Both the position numbers and the translations under genes were made by a program. From an uncultured Thermomicrobiales bacterium (GTDB taxonomy: Bacteria; Chloroflexota; Chloroflexia; Thermomicrobiales; UBA6265): a stretch of DNA of 64,000 bases. Within the stretch, counting starts at the first letter, position 1. Each line of letters opens with the position of its first letter. The DNA lies in NCBI GenBank assembly GCA_902806325.1, contig CADCWE010000031.1:16112-80111 (forward strand), written 5' to 3'. This document shows positions 26,360-36,177 of the stretch, piece after piece. The notes below the pieces were generated by a model that was given only the letters and a program-made list of their open reading frames with translations, was not told where the DNA came from and did not search any database.

Positions 26360-29209
26360 CTACGGGGTCGGAGTAGGCGTTCCCGCACCGGGCGTGGCTT
26401 CCGCCAGCCGGACCAAAATCGCCTCGATCGCGTCCTGCTCCCGGCCGTAGGCGGTCCAGTCGCCGCTCTCGAGGGCGGCTTGGCCGCGGGTGAAGGCAGC
26501 GAGCGCCTGCTGGGCGAGGTCGGCGTCCGCGCCGGTCGGTGGGGCGTCTTGGGGCTGCGTCGCCGGGTCGATGGCGCCCGGGTCGGGAGCAGCTTCGAGC
26601 GGACCGGCGGCGTCGGCCGACCCGCTGGCGATGGCTTGGAGCGCTTCCTCCAGCGTCGGACGCATCACGACGCGCTCGCTTGTGGCGGCGATCACCCGGC
26701 GCAGTTCCGGCAGGCCGGCGCCGCTGGCGGTGGCGCGCAGGTAGAGCGGTTGGACGTAGAGCAACCCGTCGCCGATCGGGATCACCAGCATATTGCCCCG
26801 GATCACTTCCGAACCGGCCTGATCCCACAGCGTGATCTGGGACGAAATCTCCGGTTCTTGGCTGATCCGGGCGGCGATCTGCTCCGGTCCGAACACGGTC
26901 ACTTGGCGCGGGAACCCATAAACGACGAGTCCATGGGAGCCGTCGGGCGCCGTCCGCGCCGCCATCCAAGCGGTCATGTTTTGTCGCTCTTGCTGACCAC
27001 CGGGGGTAAACGGCAGGATCAAAGCGAACTCGGACTTCTGCTCGCCGGGGAGGGTCAAGGAGACGTAGTACGGCTCCATGCGGAGCGTTTCCTCGCCTTG
27101 GCGCTCGCGGGCGATCGCCCACCGGTCGTCGCTGTTGTAGAAGGCCTGGGCATCGGTGACGTGGTAGGCGGCAAACACCTCAGTTTGGACGTCGAACAGC
27201 AGCTCCGGGTAGCGGAAGTGGGCGGCGATCGTCGGCGACACCTCGGCGACGGGGCGGAACAGGTCCGGGTAGATGTCGGCGTAGGCGTCGGCGATCGGGT
27301 CGGCGACGTTGGTGCGGTAGAAGGTGGTCGTGCCGTCGTAGGCGTCGATCGTCACCTTGACGCTGTTGCGGACGTAGTTAATGCCCCGGGTCGGCGTCGC
27401 GTCGGGGTAGCGGCTGCTGGTGGTGTAGGCGTCGATCACCCAGACCAGGCGACCGTCGGCGATCACCAGGTACGGATCCGGATCGTAGTCGAGGAACGGG
27501 GCGATGGCGCGGACGCGCTCGCCGATCTCGCGCCGCAGCAGCAACTTCGAGTCGTCGGTCAGGGCGCCGCTGAGGAGGACGTTGCGGTCGCGCAGGAACA
27601 CGGCGGCGACCAGCTTGGTCCCGAAGTTGGACAGTTCGATCGCCCCCCGGCCCGCGCCCTCGTAGCGGGCCGGCTCATTGGCCAGGCCGGTGAACTCTTC
27701 TTGCTCGGTGTCGACGATCACCCAATCCTCGGCGCTCTCGCCGAAGTAGATCTCCGGCCGGGTCACGACCAGCGGGTCGTTCTCGACCGGGGGACCGGTG
27801 CGGGTCGGCGGGATATCGGCGAGCAGAAAGGGAGGCAAGCCCCGGTTGTCGACCTGGCTGACCGGGCTGACGACCAGGCCGTAGCCGTGGGTGTAAGCGA
27901 GGTGGCGGTTGTTCCAGTTCTTGGCGTTTTCCGGCAATCCGGCGAGGTTGAGTTCTCGGGCCGAGAGCAGCACCTGGGTCAACTCGCCGCCCAGGTCGTA
28001 ACGGTCGATGTCGACGTCCCGGAACGCGTAGTACGGGGCAAAGGCTTGCAATTGCTGGTAGGTCGGTCCGATCACTCGGTAGTCCCAAAGTCGGATGTTG
28101 TCGACGGTGGTCGGTTGGGCCTGGATCGATCCAGGGGCCGGTTCTCCCTGCCCGGAAAGGTCGCGCACCGTCACGGCGTCCAATCCGTACGCCTGGCGGG
28201 TGAAGGCGATGTTGTCCTCGATGAACGGTCGCTCGCGGCGCAACTCGCTCGGATCGACCACGGTCCGCTGCACCGCCGCCGGGTAGATCACGCCGAGCAA
28301 GACACCAAAGGCCGCCCAGGCGATCAGGGCGCCCGCCAGCAGGCGCAACCGGCGCACGTAGGCGTTGACCACCAGCAGGACGGCGGCGACGGTCGTGACC
28401 GCCGCCAGGGCGTAGTTCGCCCACCGCTGGGCGTTGACGTCCGTGTAGCCGGCGCCGAAGACGAAGCCCCGGGTCGAGAACAGCAACTCGTAGTTGGCGA
28501 GCACGTACCCGGCGGCAAAGGTCAGCAAGACCCCGCCCAGCAGCGCGAAGACGTGGATCCGCATCTGATCGGGCACCGACCGCCAGTTGGCCGGTCGCAT
28601 CCCCAGCCGGAGCGCGTAGATGAGGGCGACGCCGATCGCGGTCGCGATCAGGAGGGCGGTCAGGCCGCCGCGCACCGCCTGCAGCACCGGCAGCGTGAAC
28701 ATATAAAAGCCGACATCGCGCCCAAAAATCGGGTCATCGATCCCGAACGACCCCCCGTTCCGGAACAGCAACCACTGCTCCCAGCGCGCGGCGCCGGACG
28801 ACCCGGCGGACAACGCGACGAGCGCCGTCGCCGCCAAGAGCAGCCAAACCAGCAACCGCTCGCCCAGCGGCGCGGCGCCGCCTACCGGTCGGGCGCGACG
28901 GGTCCGGCGGAGCGCAAAGACCAGATTGGCGAGGAAGAACCCGCCCGCCAACACGCCAAAGAGCGCGAACAGCGTCACCTGCGAGACGTACCGGGTGACC
29001 AGCACCGAACGGTAGCCGACCGAGCCGAACCACCACCAGTTGACCCAAAACGCGGCGGTGGCGAAGACGACCACGAACAGCACGACGAAGAACGCCGCCG
29101 TGATTAACATCCGCCGGGTGGAGGGGGAAACCCCGAACGACGGCAATGATGGGCGCGGCGGCACGCCCGGATTTGGGCGCCGGTTTTGGTTGGGCGGTAG
29201 GTTAAACAC
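26360..29209 (-). CDS. UPF0182-family large membrane protein
   Basis: 949 aa. The N-terminal ~300 aa are multi-TM ('FWVNWWWFGSVGY'), followed by a large soluble region with 'IRLWDYRV', 'NMTAWMAART' and 'LYVQPLYLRA'. Confidence 0.8.
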   Translation of the reverse strand: MFNLPPNQNRRPNPGVPPRPSLPSFGVSPSTRRMLITAAFFVVLFVVVFATAAFWVNWWWFGSVGYRSVLVTRYVSQVTLFALFGVLAGGFFLANLVFALRRTRRARPVGGAAPLGERLLVWLLLAATALVALSAGSSGAARWEQWLLFRNGGSFGIDDPIFGRDVGFYMFTLPVLQAVRGGLTALLIATAIGVALIYALRLGMRPANWRSVPDQMRIHVFALLGGVLLTFAAGYVLANYELLFSTRGFVFGAGYTDVNAQRWANYALAAVTTVAAVLLVVNAYVRRLRLLAGALIAWAAFGVLLGVIYPAAVQRTVVDPSELRRERPFIEDNIAFTRQAYGLDAVTVRDLSGQGEPAPGSIQAQPTTVDNIRLWDYRVIGPTYQQLQAFAPYYAFRDVDIDRYDLGGELTQVLLSARELNLAGLPENAKNWNNRHLAYTHGYGLVVSPVSQVDNRGLPPFLLADIPPTRTGPPVENDPLVVTRPEIYFGESAEDWVIVDTEQEEFTGLANEPARYEGAGRGAIELSNFGTKLVAAVFLRDRNVLLSGALTDDSKLLLRREIGERVRAIAPFLDYDPDPYLVIADGRLVWVIDAYTTSSRYPDATPTRGINYVRNSVKVTIDAYDGTTTFYRTNVADPIADAYADIYPDLFRPVAEVSPTIAAHFRYPELLFDVQTEVFAAYHVTDAQAFYNSDDRWAIARERQGEETLRMEPYYVSLTLPGEQKSEFALILPFTPGGQQERQNMTAWMAARTAPDGSHGLVVYGFPRQVTVFGPEQIAARISQEPEISSQITLWDQAGSEVIRGNMLVIPIGDGLLYVQPLYLRATASGAGLPELRRVIAATSERVVMRPTLEEALQAIASGSADAAGPLEAAPDPGAIDPATQPQDAPPTGADADLAQQALAAFTRGQAALESGDWTAYGREQDAIEAILVRLAEATPGAGTPTPTP

Positions 29210-29259
29210 GGAGCGATGTCACCTCTGACTGTGCCAGTCTGGCACCGGCGGGGCGGGGG

Positions 29260-29269
29260 ATGCTAGCAT
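29260..29269. promoter_or_regulatory. Perfect 10-nt palindrome ATGCTAGCAT, which reads as extended -10 TGCTAGCAT on both strands
   Basis: Lies in the divergent spacer, 51 nt from the UPF0182 GTG (29209) and 126 nt from the MBL ATG (29395). Confidence 0.4.
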
Positions 29270-29394
29270 CCGGAACGAGCCGGGCGGGGCACTCAAGGTA
29301 GGACGGCAATGGGTCACCAGCCGGGACATCGTACCATCATCAGCCGAGGGTTCGCGCTCCGGAGGGACGCGCCTGCTCGATCTGGTAGCGGCGG

Positions 29395-30204
29395 ATGACC
29401 GTGACGGTACGCAGCCTGGGCAGCGGCAGCTCCGGCAACGCGCTGCTGGTCGAGAGCGACCACGCCGCGATTTTGGTCGATTGCGGCCTTTCCCCGAGGC
29501 AGTTGGACGCCGGGTTGCGCGACTGCGGTCGAACCCCGTCCGAACTCGCCGCCGTCCTCCTGACCCACGAACACAGCGACCATATCCGGGGACTGGCCTG
29601 GATCGCGAAGACCGGGGTGCGGATCATCGGCACCGCCGGGACCGTAACCGCGGCGGGAACTCCTGCCGCGAACCGGGAGGAAATCCGGGCCAATCGTCCG
29701 CTAGCCATCGCCGGGCTTTGCGTGACGGCGCTCGGCGTCTCCCACGACGCGGCCGAACCGGTCGGGTTTCACATCTCGGGCGTCGGCGGCACCGTGACCG
29801 TGGTCACCGACCTCGGGCACGGCGACGAGGCGCTGCACGATCCGCTCTCGGTCTCCGACCTGATCGTGCTCGAAGCCAACCACGACGAGGCGATGCTGCG
29901 CCGCGGTCCGTATCCGCCGCACTTGAAGCGGCGCGTCCTGTCCCGCGTCGGCCACCTGTCGAACGCCGACTGCTCGCAAATGCTGGCCGAAGCGCTGGCG
30001 CACGGGTCGGGGAGCCGCACCATCTGGCTTGCCCACCTTTCCCAGACCAACAACCGGCCGGAACTGGCGACGCGAACGGTCGCCGCCCGGTTGGTCGCCG
30101 GTGGCCTCACCCATCGCGTCGAACCTTTGCCCCGAACCAGGGTCGGGCCGATCTGGCGTTCGGACGAGGCCCCGCAGATCGCCATTCAATTGCCGCTGTT
30201 GTAG
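29395..30204 (+). CDS. MBL-fold metallo-hydrolase (YycJ-like)
   Basis: 269 aa with 'SLGSGSSGNALLVE', 'LLTHEHSDHIRG' and 'GHLSN'. Confidence 0.85.
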   Translation: MTVTVRSLGSGSSGNALLVESDHAAILVDCGLSPRQLDAGLRDCGRTPSELAAVLLTHEHSDHIRGLAWIAKTGVRIIGTAGTVTAAGTPAANREEIRANRPLAIAGLCVTALGVSHDAAEPVGFHISGVGGTVTVVTDLGHGDEALHDPLSVSDLIVLEANHDEAMLRRGPYPPHLKRRVLSRVGHLSNADCSQMLAEALAHGSGSRTIWLAHLSQTNNRPELATRTVAARLVAGGLTHRVEPLPRTRVGPIWRSDEAPQIAIQLPLL

Positions 30205-30266
30205 CGGTCTCCAACGCCGAACGGGCAGCGCTACCGGTCCCCAGCGATCCAGCGACCGTTCGCCGG

Positions 30267-30272
30267 TATACT
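30267..30272 (+). promoter_or_regulatory. -10-like TATACT upstream of small membrane protein gene
   Basis: AT-rich hexamer in the 186-nt spacer after the MBL gene. Confidence 0.3.
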
Positions 30273-30389
30273 CGACGTGAGCGGCGGTCAGCCGCCGCGA
30301 CTTCACGACAACCTGCTCGAACGAAAGGGTGTCCCCTGAGCGCGTTTCTGGTCCTCCACGATCGCCTCGCGACCTCGACGTTGCTGTTC

Positions 30390-30704
30390 ATGGCCGCGCT
30401 CGGCGTCTGGGGATGCTGGACGTACGTTCGCGGTGGGTCGCTGTCTGGCAGCCTAGCCGGCGCCTTCGTGATCGGCCAGGGCCTGGTCGTGGTGCAGGCG
30501 GCGGCGGGCATCGCGCTCTACTTGGGGGGGCACCGACCGGCGACCTCCGTTCACTACCTCTACGGGGTGACCGCGATCCTGGTGCTGCCGTTCGTCTGGT
30601 CCTACATGAAAGACCGGCATCCCCGTCAAGGGTTGCTGCTGTACAGCCTGCTGGCGCTGTTCGTGGCCGGATTGGCGGTACGTGGGATGGCGACCGGCGG
30701 TTAA
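30390..30704 (+). CDS. Small hydrophobic membrane protein (about 104-122 aa), unknown function
   Basis: Three or four predicted TM stretches ('MAALGVWGCW', 'AFVIGQGLVVVQAAAGIALYL', 'VTAILVLPFVW', 'LLLYSLLALFVAGLAV'). The start is uncertain: ATG 30390, TTG 30381, or CTG 30336 behind GAAAGGG. Confidence 0.55.
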   Translation: MAALGVWGCWTYVRGGSLSGSLAGAFVIGQGLVVVQAAAGIALYLGGHRPATSVHYLYGVTAILVLPFVWSYMKDRHPRQGLLLYSLLALFVAGLAVRGMATGG

Positions 30705-30818
30705 GCACCGACAACAGGGTTTGACCCGAGCGTCGCGCGGTACGACGCCGTAGGTCGTCGGCGTTGATCGCTGTTGTGGTCTATTAATGCCAGATGTTGT
30801 TGCCTTTGCGTCAAAATG

Positions 30819-30847
30819 TTGACAGGCTTGTGGCCTGCGCGTACAAT
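30819..30847 (+). promoter_or_regulatory. Near-consensus sigma-70-type promoter TTGACA-17 nt-TACAAT
   Basis: TTGACA at 30819-30824, exactly 17 nt of spacer, TACAAT at 30842-30847. GGAAGGAG follows at 30898-30905 and GTG at 30911. Confidence 0.7.
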
Positions 30848-30910
30848 CCGACCGTACAGTCTGGCACGTACGCCGCAAGCGACGCCCAACATGCGCCGGA
30901 AGGAGCCATC

Positions 30911-31435
30911 GTGGAGGCCGATCCTCGGGACTACCAGGATGTGATCGACCAGGCCCTGCAACTGGTCTACAGCCACCACCATCGGCTGGTTTCGCAACTG
31001 TTTCCGGCGGCGTTTCAACCGCTGTCACTCGAACAGTTGCGGCAGGGTCCGCTTGGGCAAGACCTGACCAAGCTGTCCCAACTGGCGCGCGGTCAGGTGC
31101 GCGTGGCCCGGGAAGGGGTGCTGGACGCGATCGAGTCGGTGTTGCAGTTGCTGTTTTGGCCCGCCGCCGCCGACGACTACACGGTTCCCCGTTCGTTCTG
31201 GGACACGGACCTCGGGCGGATGATGGCCCTCGCCAAGTACCGCGCGTTCGAGCCGAACGAACTGGTCAGCATCGGCAACGCGGCCCAGCAACTCGGCGTC
31301 ACCCGCCCGACGATCTACCGCTGGATGGACGACCGGACGCTCAACTACGTCCGCGACGACATGAGCGGGCGCACCTTTGTCGTCCGCCGCGACATCGACA
31401 ACCTGAAGAAGGTGGCGGCAGAGTACTCGGCCTAG
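30911..31435 (+). CDS. Hypothetical protein with C-terminal MerR/excisionase-type helix-turn-helix
   Basis: 174 aa from GTG 30911. The promoter lies inside the longest ORF, so the 30794 start is rejected. C-terminus: 'LVSIGNAAQQLGVTRPTIYRWMDDRTLNYVRDDMSGRTFVVRRDIDNL'. I do not recognise the N-terminal ~115 aa. Confidence 0.7.
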   Translation: MEADPRDYQDVIDQALQLVYSHHHRLVSQLFPAAFQPLSLEQLRQGPLGQDLTKLSQLARGQVRVAREGVLDAIESVLQLLFWPAAADDYTVPRSFWDTDLGRMMALAKYRAFEPNELVSIGNAAQQLGVTRPTIYRWMDDRTLNYVRDDMSGRTFVVRRDIDNLKKVAAEYSA

Positions 31436-31472
31436 CCGGTCGGGCGCCGTGCGCGACAAGTGGGCTGACTCG

Positions 31473-31517
31473 AACGATGGCCGGGGGCGATGGGCGCCCC
31501 CGGCCATCGTTTGTTGT
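31473..31517 (+). terminator. Intrinsic terminator: 16-17-bp perfect stem AACGATGGCCGGGGGC(G)/(C)GCCCCCGGCCATCGTT followed by TGTTGT
   Basis: Read directly from the sequence, 38 nt after the HTH gene stop. It is the only hairpin in the window with a T-rich tail. Confidence 0.75.
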
Positions 31518-31571
31518 CCGCGGGTGCCACGACGGGGACCGATCGTTCCCCATGGGTAGGGACGGTTGCAA

Positions 31572-32801
31572 TCAGCATCCGGACGACGCCTCGGTCCCGA
31601 ACAGTCCGTCGGTCGCGACGACGTGGCCCCGGCGTAGGTAGACCCGCGGCACCCGCGGCGCGATCCCGCTGACCAGTTCGTAGCCGATGGTGTCCATGGT
31701 CCGCGCGAGGTCGTCCCAACCGGGCGCTCCGGTTTCCGGAGGACCGACGACAACGACCGGATCGCCGACCTCGACGGGGTGTCCGGTCGGCAAGCCGACC
31801 ACGGTTTGATCCATGCTGACTCGCCCCCTAACCGGCGCAGGGAACCCGCCGATGCCCATCGCCGCCCGGTTGGAGAGGCCCCGTCGGTAGCCGTCGGCGT
31901 AGCCGATCGGGACCAGCGCGGCGCGCTCCGCCGCTCCGGCCCGATAGGTGTGGCCGTAGCCGACGCCGTCGTCCGCGTGGAGATCCACCACGCGCGCGAC
32001 CCGGCTGACAAGGCTCATCGCTGGTCTCACCCCCGGCGGTACGCCCTCCGCCGCCGGAGCGAGACCGTAGAGCGCGATCCCGACCCGCACCAGGCCGCGG
32101 TCGAACCGGCGGTCGCGCAAGACGGCGGCGCTGTTGGCGGCGTGGACCAGTCCGGCTGGGATCCCAGCGCGGTCCAGATCGTCCAACACCGTGTCCAGCA
32201 GCGCGTCCTGGCGGTCGGTGAGGTCGGAGTCCGGATCGTCGGCGGCGGCGAAGTGGGTGAACACCCCGGACAGCGTCAAACCCGGCGCGGCAACGATCGC
32301 TCGCGCCAGGGCAACGGCCCCGTCCGCCGTCGCGCCGAAGCGGCGCATCCCTGTGTCCAGCTTGAGATGGAGCGAGGCGGGACTGTTCAGCGGGAGTCGG
32401 GCGGCCGTCATCGCGACCGCCCGGGCGAACAGCGGATCGGCGACCGCCAGCGCCAGATCGGACCGCAGCGCCTCCGAGATCTCGGCGTCGCCGATCGGGC
32501 CGAGGACGAGCACCGGCGCGTCGATCCCCGCAGCGCGCAGGGCGCGCCCCTCGTCGACCGTGGCGACCGCGAGGTGGCTGGCGCCGTGCTCAAGCGCGGC
32601 ACGCGCGACCCGAGTGGCGCCGTGACCATAGCCGTTGGCCTTGACCACCGCCATCAGCTCCGTGCCGGGGCCGATCAGGCGGCGGAAATGGGCGGCGTTC
32701 TCGGCGATCGCGTCGAGATCAACGACCGCGCGGGTGACCCGACCCGGGCCGGTAAAAACCTCGGGCGGGAGGAACCCGACCCTACGGTCCGTCGTCGCCA
32801 C
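31572..32801 (-). CDS. alr: Alanine racemase
   Basis: 409 aa with 'MAVVKANGYGHG' (PLP lysine) and 'GYADGYRR'. GTG start overlaps the CBS gene stop by 20 nt. Confidence 0.93.
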   Translation of the reverse strand: MATTDRRVGFLPPEVFTGPGRVTRAVVDLDAIAENAAHFRRLIGPGTELMAVVKANGYGHGATRVARAALEHGASHLAVATVDEGRALRAAGIDAPVLVLGPIGDAEISEALRSDLALAVADPLFARAVAMTAARLPLNSPASLHLKLDTGMRRFGATADGAVALARAIVAAPGLTLSGVFTHFAAADDPDSDLTDRQDALLDTVLDDLDRAGIPAGLVHAANSAAVLRDRRFDRGLVRVGIALYGLAPAAEGVPPGVRPAMSLVSRVARVVDLHADDGVGYGHTYRAGAAERAALVPIGYADGYRRGLSNRAAMGIGGFPAPVRGRVSMDQTVVGLPTGHPVEVGDPVVVVGPPETGAPGWDDLARTMDTIGYELVSGIAPRVPRVYLRRGHVVATDGLFGTEASSGC

Positions 32802-33306
32802 CGCCGCTTCCGGTCGCCTCGGGCGAACGCTCCATCCGGGCGATCACGCGCACCAGATCGGCCCGGCTGACGATGCCGACCAGCGCGTGCGCGTCGTCGA
32901 CCACCGGCACCGGGTTGACTCCCTGTTCCAGCATCAGCGTCGCCAACTGGGAGAGCGTGGCGGAGGCGAGGATGTTGTAGACGGGAGAGGTCATCAGGTC
33001 ATCGGCGGTCGTCGCCAAGACGTGGCGCAGATCCTCCTCGAAGTCGCGCCCACCGTCGGCGACGAAGATCGCGTCGAAGAACGGCACGGTGGTCGGCACC
33101 GTGACCTCGGCTTGGCGGGCGATCAGGTCCAATTCGGCGACGATGCCGACGACCTCGCCGTTCGCCACCACCGGCAGACCGGGCAACCCCGACTCCGCCA
33201 ATCGGGCGGCGACGATCGCGATCGAGTCCTCGCGGTCTAGCGTCGGCACGTCGGTTCGCATCAGATCGGCGACCGTCGGGTCGCCGACAATCTCTCGCTC
33301 ATCCAC
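32782..33306 (-). CDS. CBS domain-pair protein
   Basis: 174 aa from GTG 33306, with a GTGGATGA overlap onto the nnrD stop. Two CBS repeats: 'VADLMRTDVPTL...GLPVVANGEVVGIVAELDL' and 'DLMTSPVYNI...PVPVVDDAHALVGIVSRADL'. Confidence 0.8.
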   Translation of the reverse strand: MDEREIVGDPTVADLMRTDVPTLDREDSIAIVAARLAESGLPGLPVVANGEVVGIVAELDLIARQAEVTVPTTVPFFDAIFVADGGRDFEEDLRHVLATTADDLMTSPVYNILASATLSQLATLMLEQGVNPVPVVDDAHALVGIVSRADLVRVIARMERSPEATGSGGGDDGP

Positions 33307-34354
33307 GGCCGGCTCCCGCGGAGTCACTGGGCGCCCGTTCCAACGCGGCCAGCTCTTCGGCAATCGCAGGCGGCAGGTCGCTGGCGACCAGACCAAGGGT
33401 GCCGAATCGCCGCTCGACTCGCCGCGCCGCGCGACCACCGACGAAGACGGCCAGCGCCGCCGCGTCCACCGGCGCCAGACCTTGGGCAAGGAACGCGCCG
33501 ATCGTGCCGGCCAGCACGTCCCCCGTTCCGGCGGAGGCGAGCGACGGCGGGGCATCCTCGGCGATCAACGTCCGGTCGCCGTCGGACACCACGGTGTGGC
33601 CGTACTTGAACACGACAACCTGGTCCCATGACCGCGAGGCCTCGCGCGCCGTCCCCACCGGATCGGCGACGATCTCGTCGGGCTCCTTCCCCAGCAGGCG
33701 CGCCATCTCCCCGACGTGCGGGGTGAGGACGGCTTGGCGGGCGGGGAACCTATCCCGCCAACCGTCCTGTTTGGCCAACCAATTGAGTCCGTCGGCGTCG
33801 ATCACCACCGGTTTGGCGATCCCGACCGGTGGCGGCGCTTCGGCTTCCGGCTCCTCACGGGTCGCGTTGGTCGCGAACCCGATCGCGCCGCGAAAGCCGA
33901 CCGCTCGCGACCCGCCGATCCCGAACAGCGCCGCCAGCAGCGCCGTCGAGGTCTCGTCGTCGCCCAAACCGGGGCCGACCAGGAGGGCGGTCGACCGGTC
34001 GAGTTTGGCTTTGATCAACTCGACCGCCTTCCGGCCACCGCCGCCGGAGTCCGACTCCGGCAGCAGCACGAACGCCGCCTCGGGCACGTTGGCGGCGATC
34101 GCCCCGGCGATCCCGCGGGGCACGGCGAGGGACACGATCCCGGCCCCCGCCCGTCCCGCCGCCATGGCGCACAAGGCCGGGGCGCCGACGAATCCCGGCG
34201 AACCGGCGACGATCACCAGCCCGCCGACGCCCCACTTGTGGGCGCCGTAAGCGCGGCTGGGCAGCACCGACCGCGCGTACGCCTCGTCGATGATCGCGTC
34301 GCCCGGCCCAAGGTGGGCCCGTTCTCCCCGTTGGGTTTCGATCGCCGAACTCAC
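33299..34354 (-). CDS. nnrD: ADP-dependent NAD(P)H-hydrate dehydratase (YjeF C-terminal-type, no epimerase domain)
   Basis: 'HKWGVGGLVIVAGSPGFVGAPALCAMAA' and 'GTGDVLAGTIGAFLAQG'. GTG start 1 nt after the acpS stop. Confidence 0.85.
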   Translation of the reverse strand: MSSAIETQRGERAHLGPGDAIIDEAYARSVLPSRAYGAHKWGVGGLVIVAGSPGFVGAPALCAMAAGRAGAGIVSLAVPRGIAGAIAANVPEAAFVLLPESDSGGGGRKAVELIKAKLDRSTALLVGPGLGDDETSTALLAALFGIGGSRAVGFRGAIGFATNATREEPEAEAPPPVGIAKPVVIDADGLNWLAKQDGWRDRFPARQAVLTPHVGEMARLLGKEPDEIVADPVGTAREASRSWDQVVVFKYGHTVVSDGDRTLIAEDAPPSLASAGTGDVLAGTIGAFLAQGLAPVDAAALAVFVGGRAARRVERRFGTLGLVASDLPPAIAEELAALERAPSDSAGAGRG

Positions 34355-34355
34355 C

Positions 34356-34883
34356 CTACTTGCCCTTTCGTTGTGCCGAATCGGCGACCGAATCCGGGTG
34401 CCGCGTTCGTGGCCAAGACGCGGGTTGGGCGGCCGAAACCGGAATCGCCGGGCCGTTGGTGGCGACGACGAAGGCCATCGCGTCGGTCCGCGAATGCGTC
34501 AGCGAGACGCTGAAATGATTGAGTCCGAGAGCGGCGGCGCGGTCGGCAGCCCGGCCGTGCAAGATCAAGACCGGTTTGCCGCGCCGATTGGACAGCACTT
34601 CCATTTCCTGCCACCGGATGCCGACGATGCCGGTTCCCAGCGCTTTGGACGTCGCCTCCTTGGCGGCGAAGCGGGCCGCGAGCTCGGAGACCCGGTGCCG
34701 GTAGCGGTCTCGTTCGCGCTCGGTGTAGACCCGGCGCAAGAACCGCTCCCCAAAATCGTCGATCGCCCGCTGGATGCGGGGGATCTCGATCAGGTCGACC
34801 CCAACGGCGACGGCACCGGACCGCTCCGGGTCGAACTCGGGGGCGTAGCGGTGGGCCGCCGCGCCGTTGTCGTCCTCGATCAC
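34356..34883 (-). CDS. acpS: Holo-[acyl-carrier-protein] synthase AcpS (with N- and C-terminal extensions)
   Basis: 'VGVDLIEIPRI', 'FAAKEATSKALGTG' and 'SLTHSRTDAMAFVV'. GTG 34883 is the first usable start downstream of the tgt stop. The start is uncertain. Confidence 0.75.
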   Translation of the reverse strand: MIEDDNGAAAHRYAPEFDPERSGAVAVGVDLIEIPRIQRAIDDFGERFLRRVYTERERDRYRHRVSELAARFAAKEATSKALGTGIVGIRWQEMEVLSNRRGKPVLILHGRAADRAAALGLNHFSVSLTHSRTDAMAFVVATNGPAIPVSAAQPASWPRTRHPDSVADSAQRKGK

Positions 34884-34963
34884 GATTCCGCCGCACCTTC
34901 CACGTTCCGTCGCGTCGCCCGCCGGATTGTAGTCCCCGGCGGGAAACCCGCCAATCCACGCCC

Positions 34964-36157
<1,194 letters not shown>

Positions 36158-36177
36158 CGCGCGATCGACCGAGGGTC

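Noticed and set aside
26480-29107. An 875-aa plus-strand ORF opposite the UPF0182 gene.
   Set aside because: It is a shadow ORF. The minus frame has the UPF0182 motif series and a coherent TM-plus-soluble architecture.
29481-30335. The N-terminal ~285 codons of the 407-aa plus-strand ORF overlapping the MBL hydrolase gene in another frame.
   Set aside because: It is Arg/Pro-rich junk and overlaps a well-supported gene. Only the hydrophobic C-terminal ~105-120 aa after the MBL stop look protein-like.
30329-30724. A 131-aa ORF (GTG 30329) in the alternative frame over the small membrane protein gene.
   Set aside because: The translation is Arg/Gly/Pro-rich with no structure. The competing frame gives clean TM helices and better third-position bias.
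30794-30910. The longest-ORF start (ATG 30794) for the HTH protein.
   Set aside because: A near-consensus TTGACA-17-TACAAT promoter lies inside this segment, and a strong SD precedes GTG 30911. The mRNA therefore most likely starts downstream of 30794.
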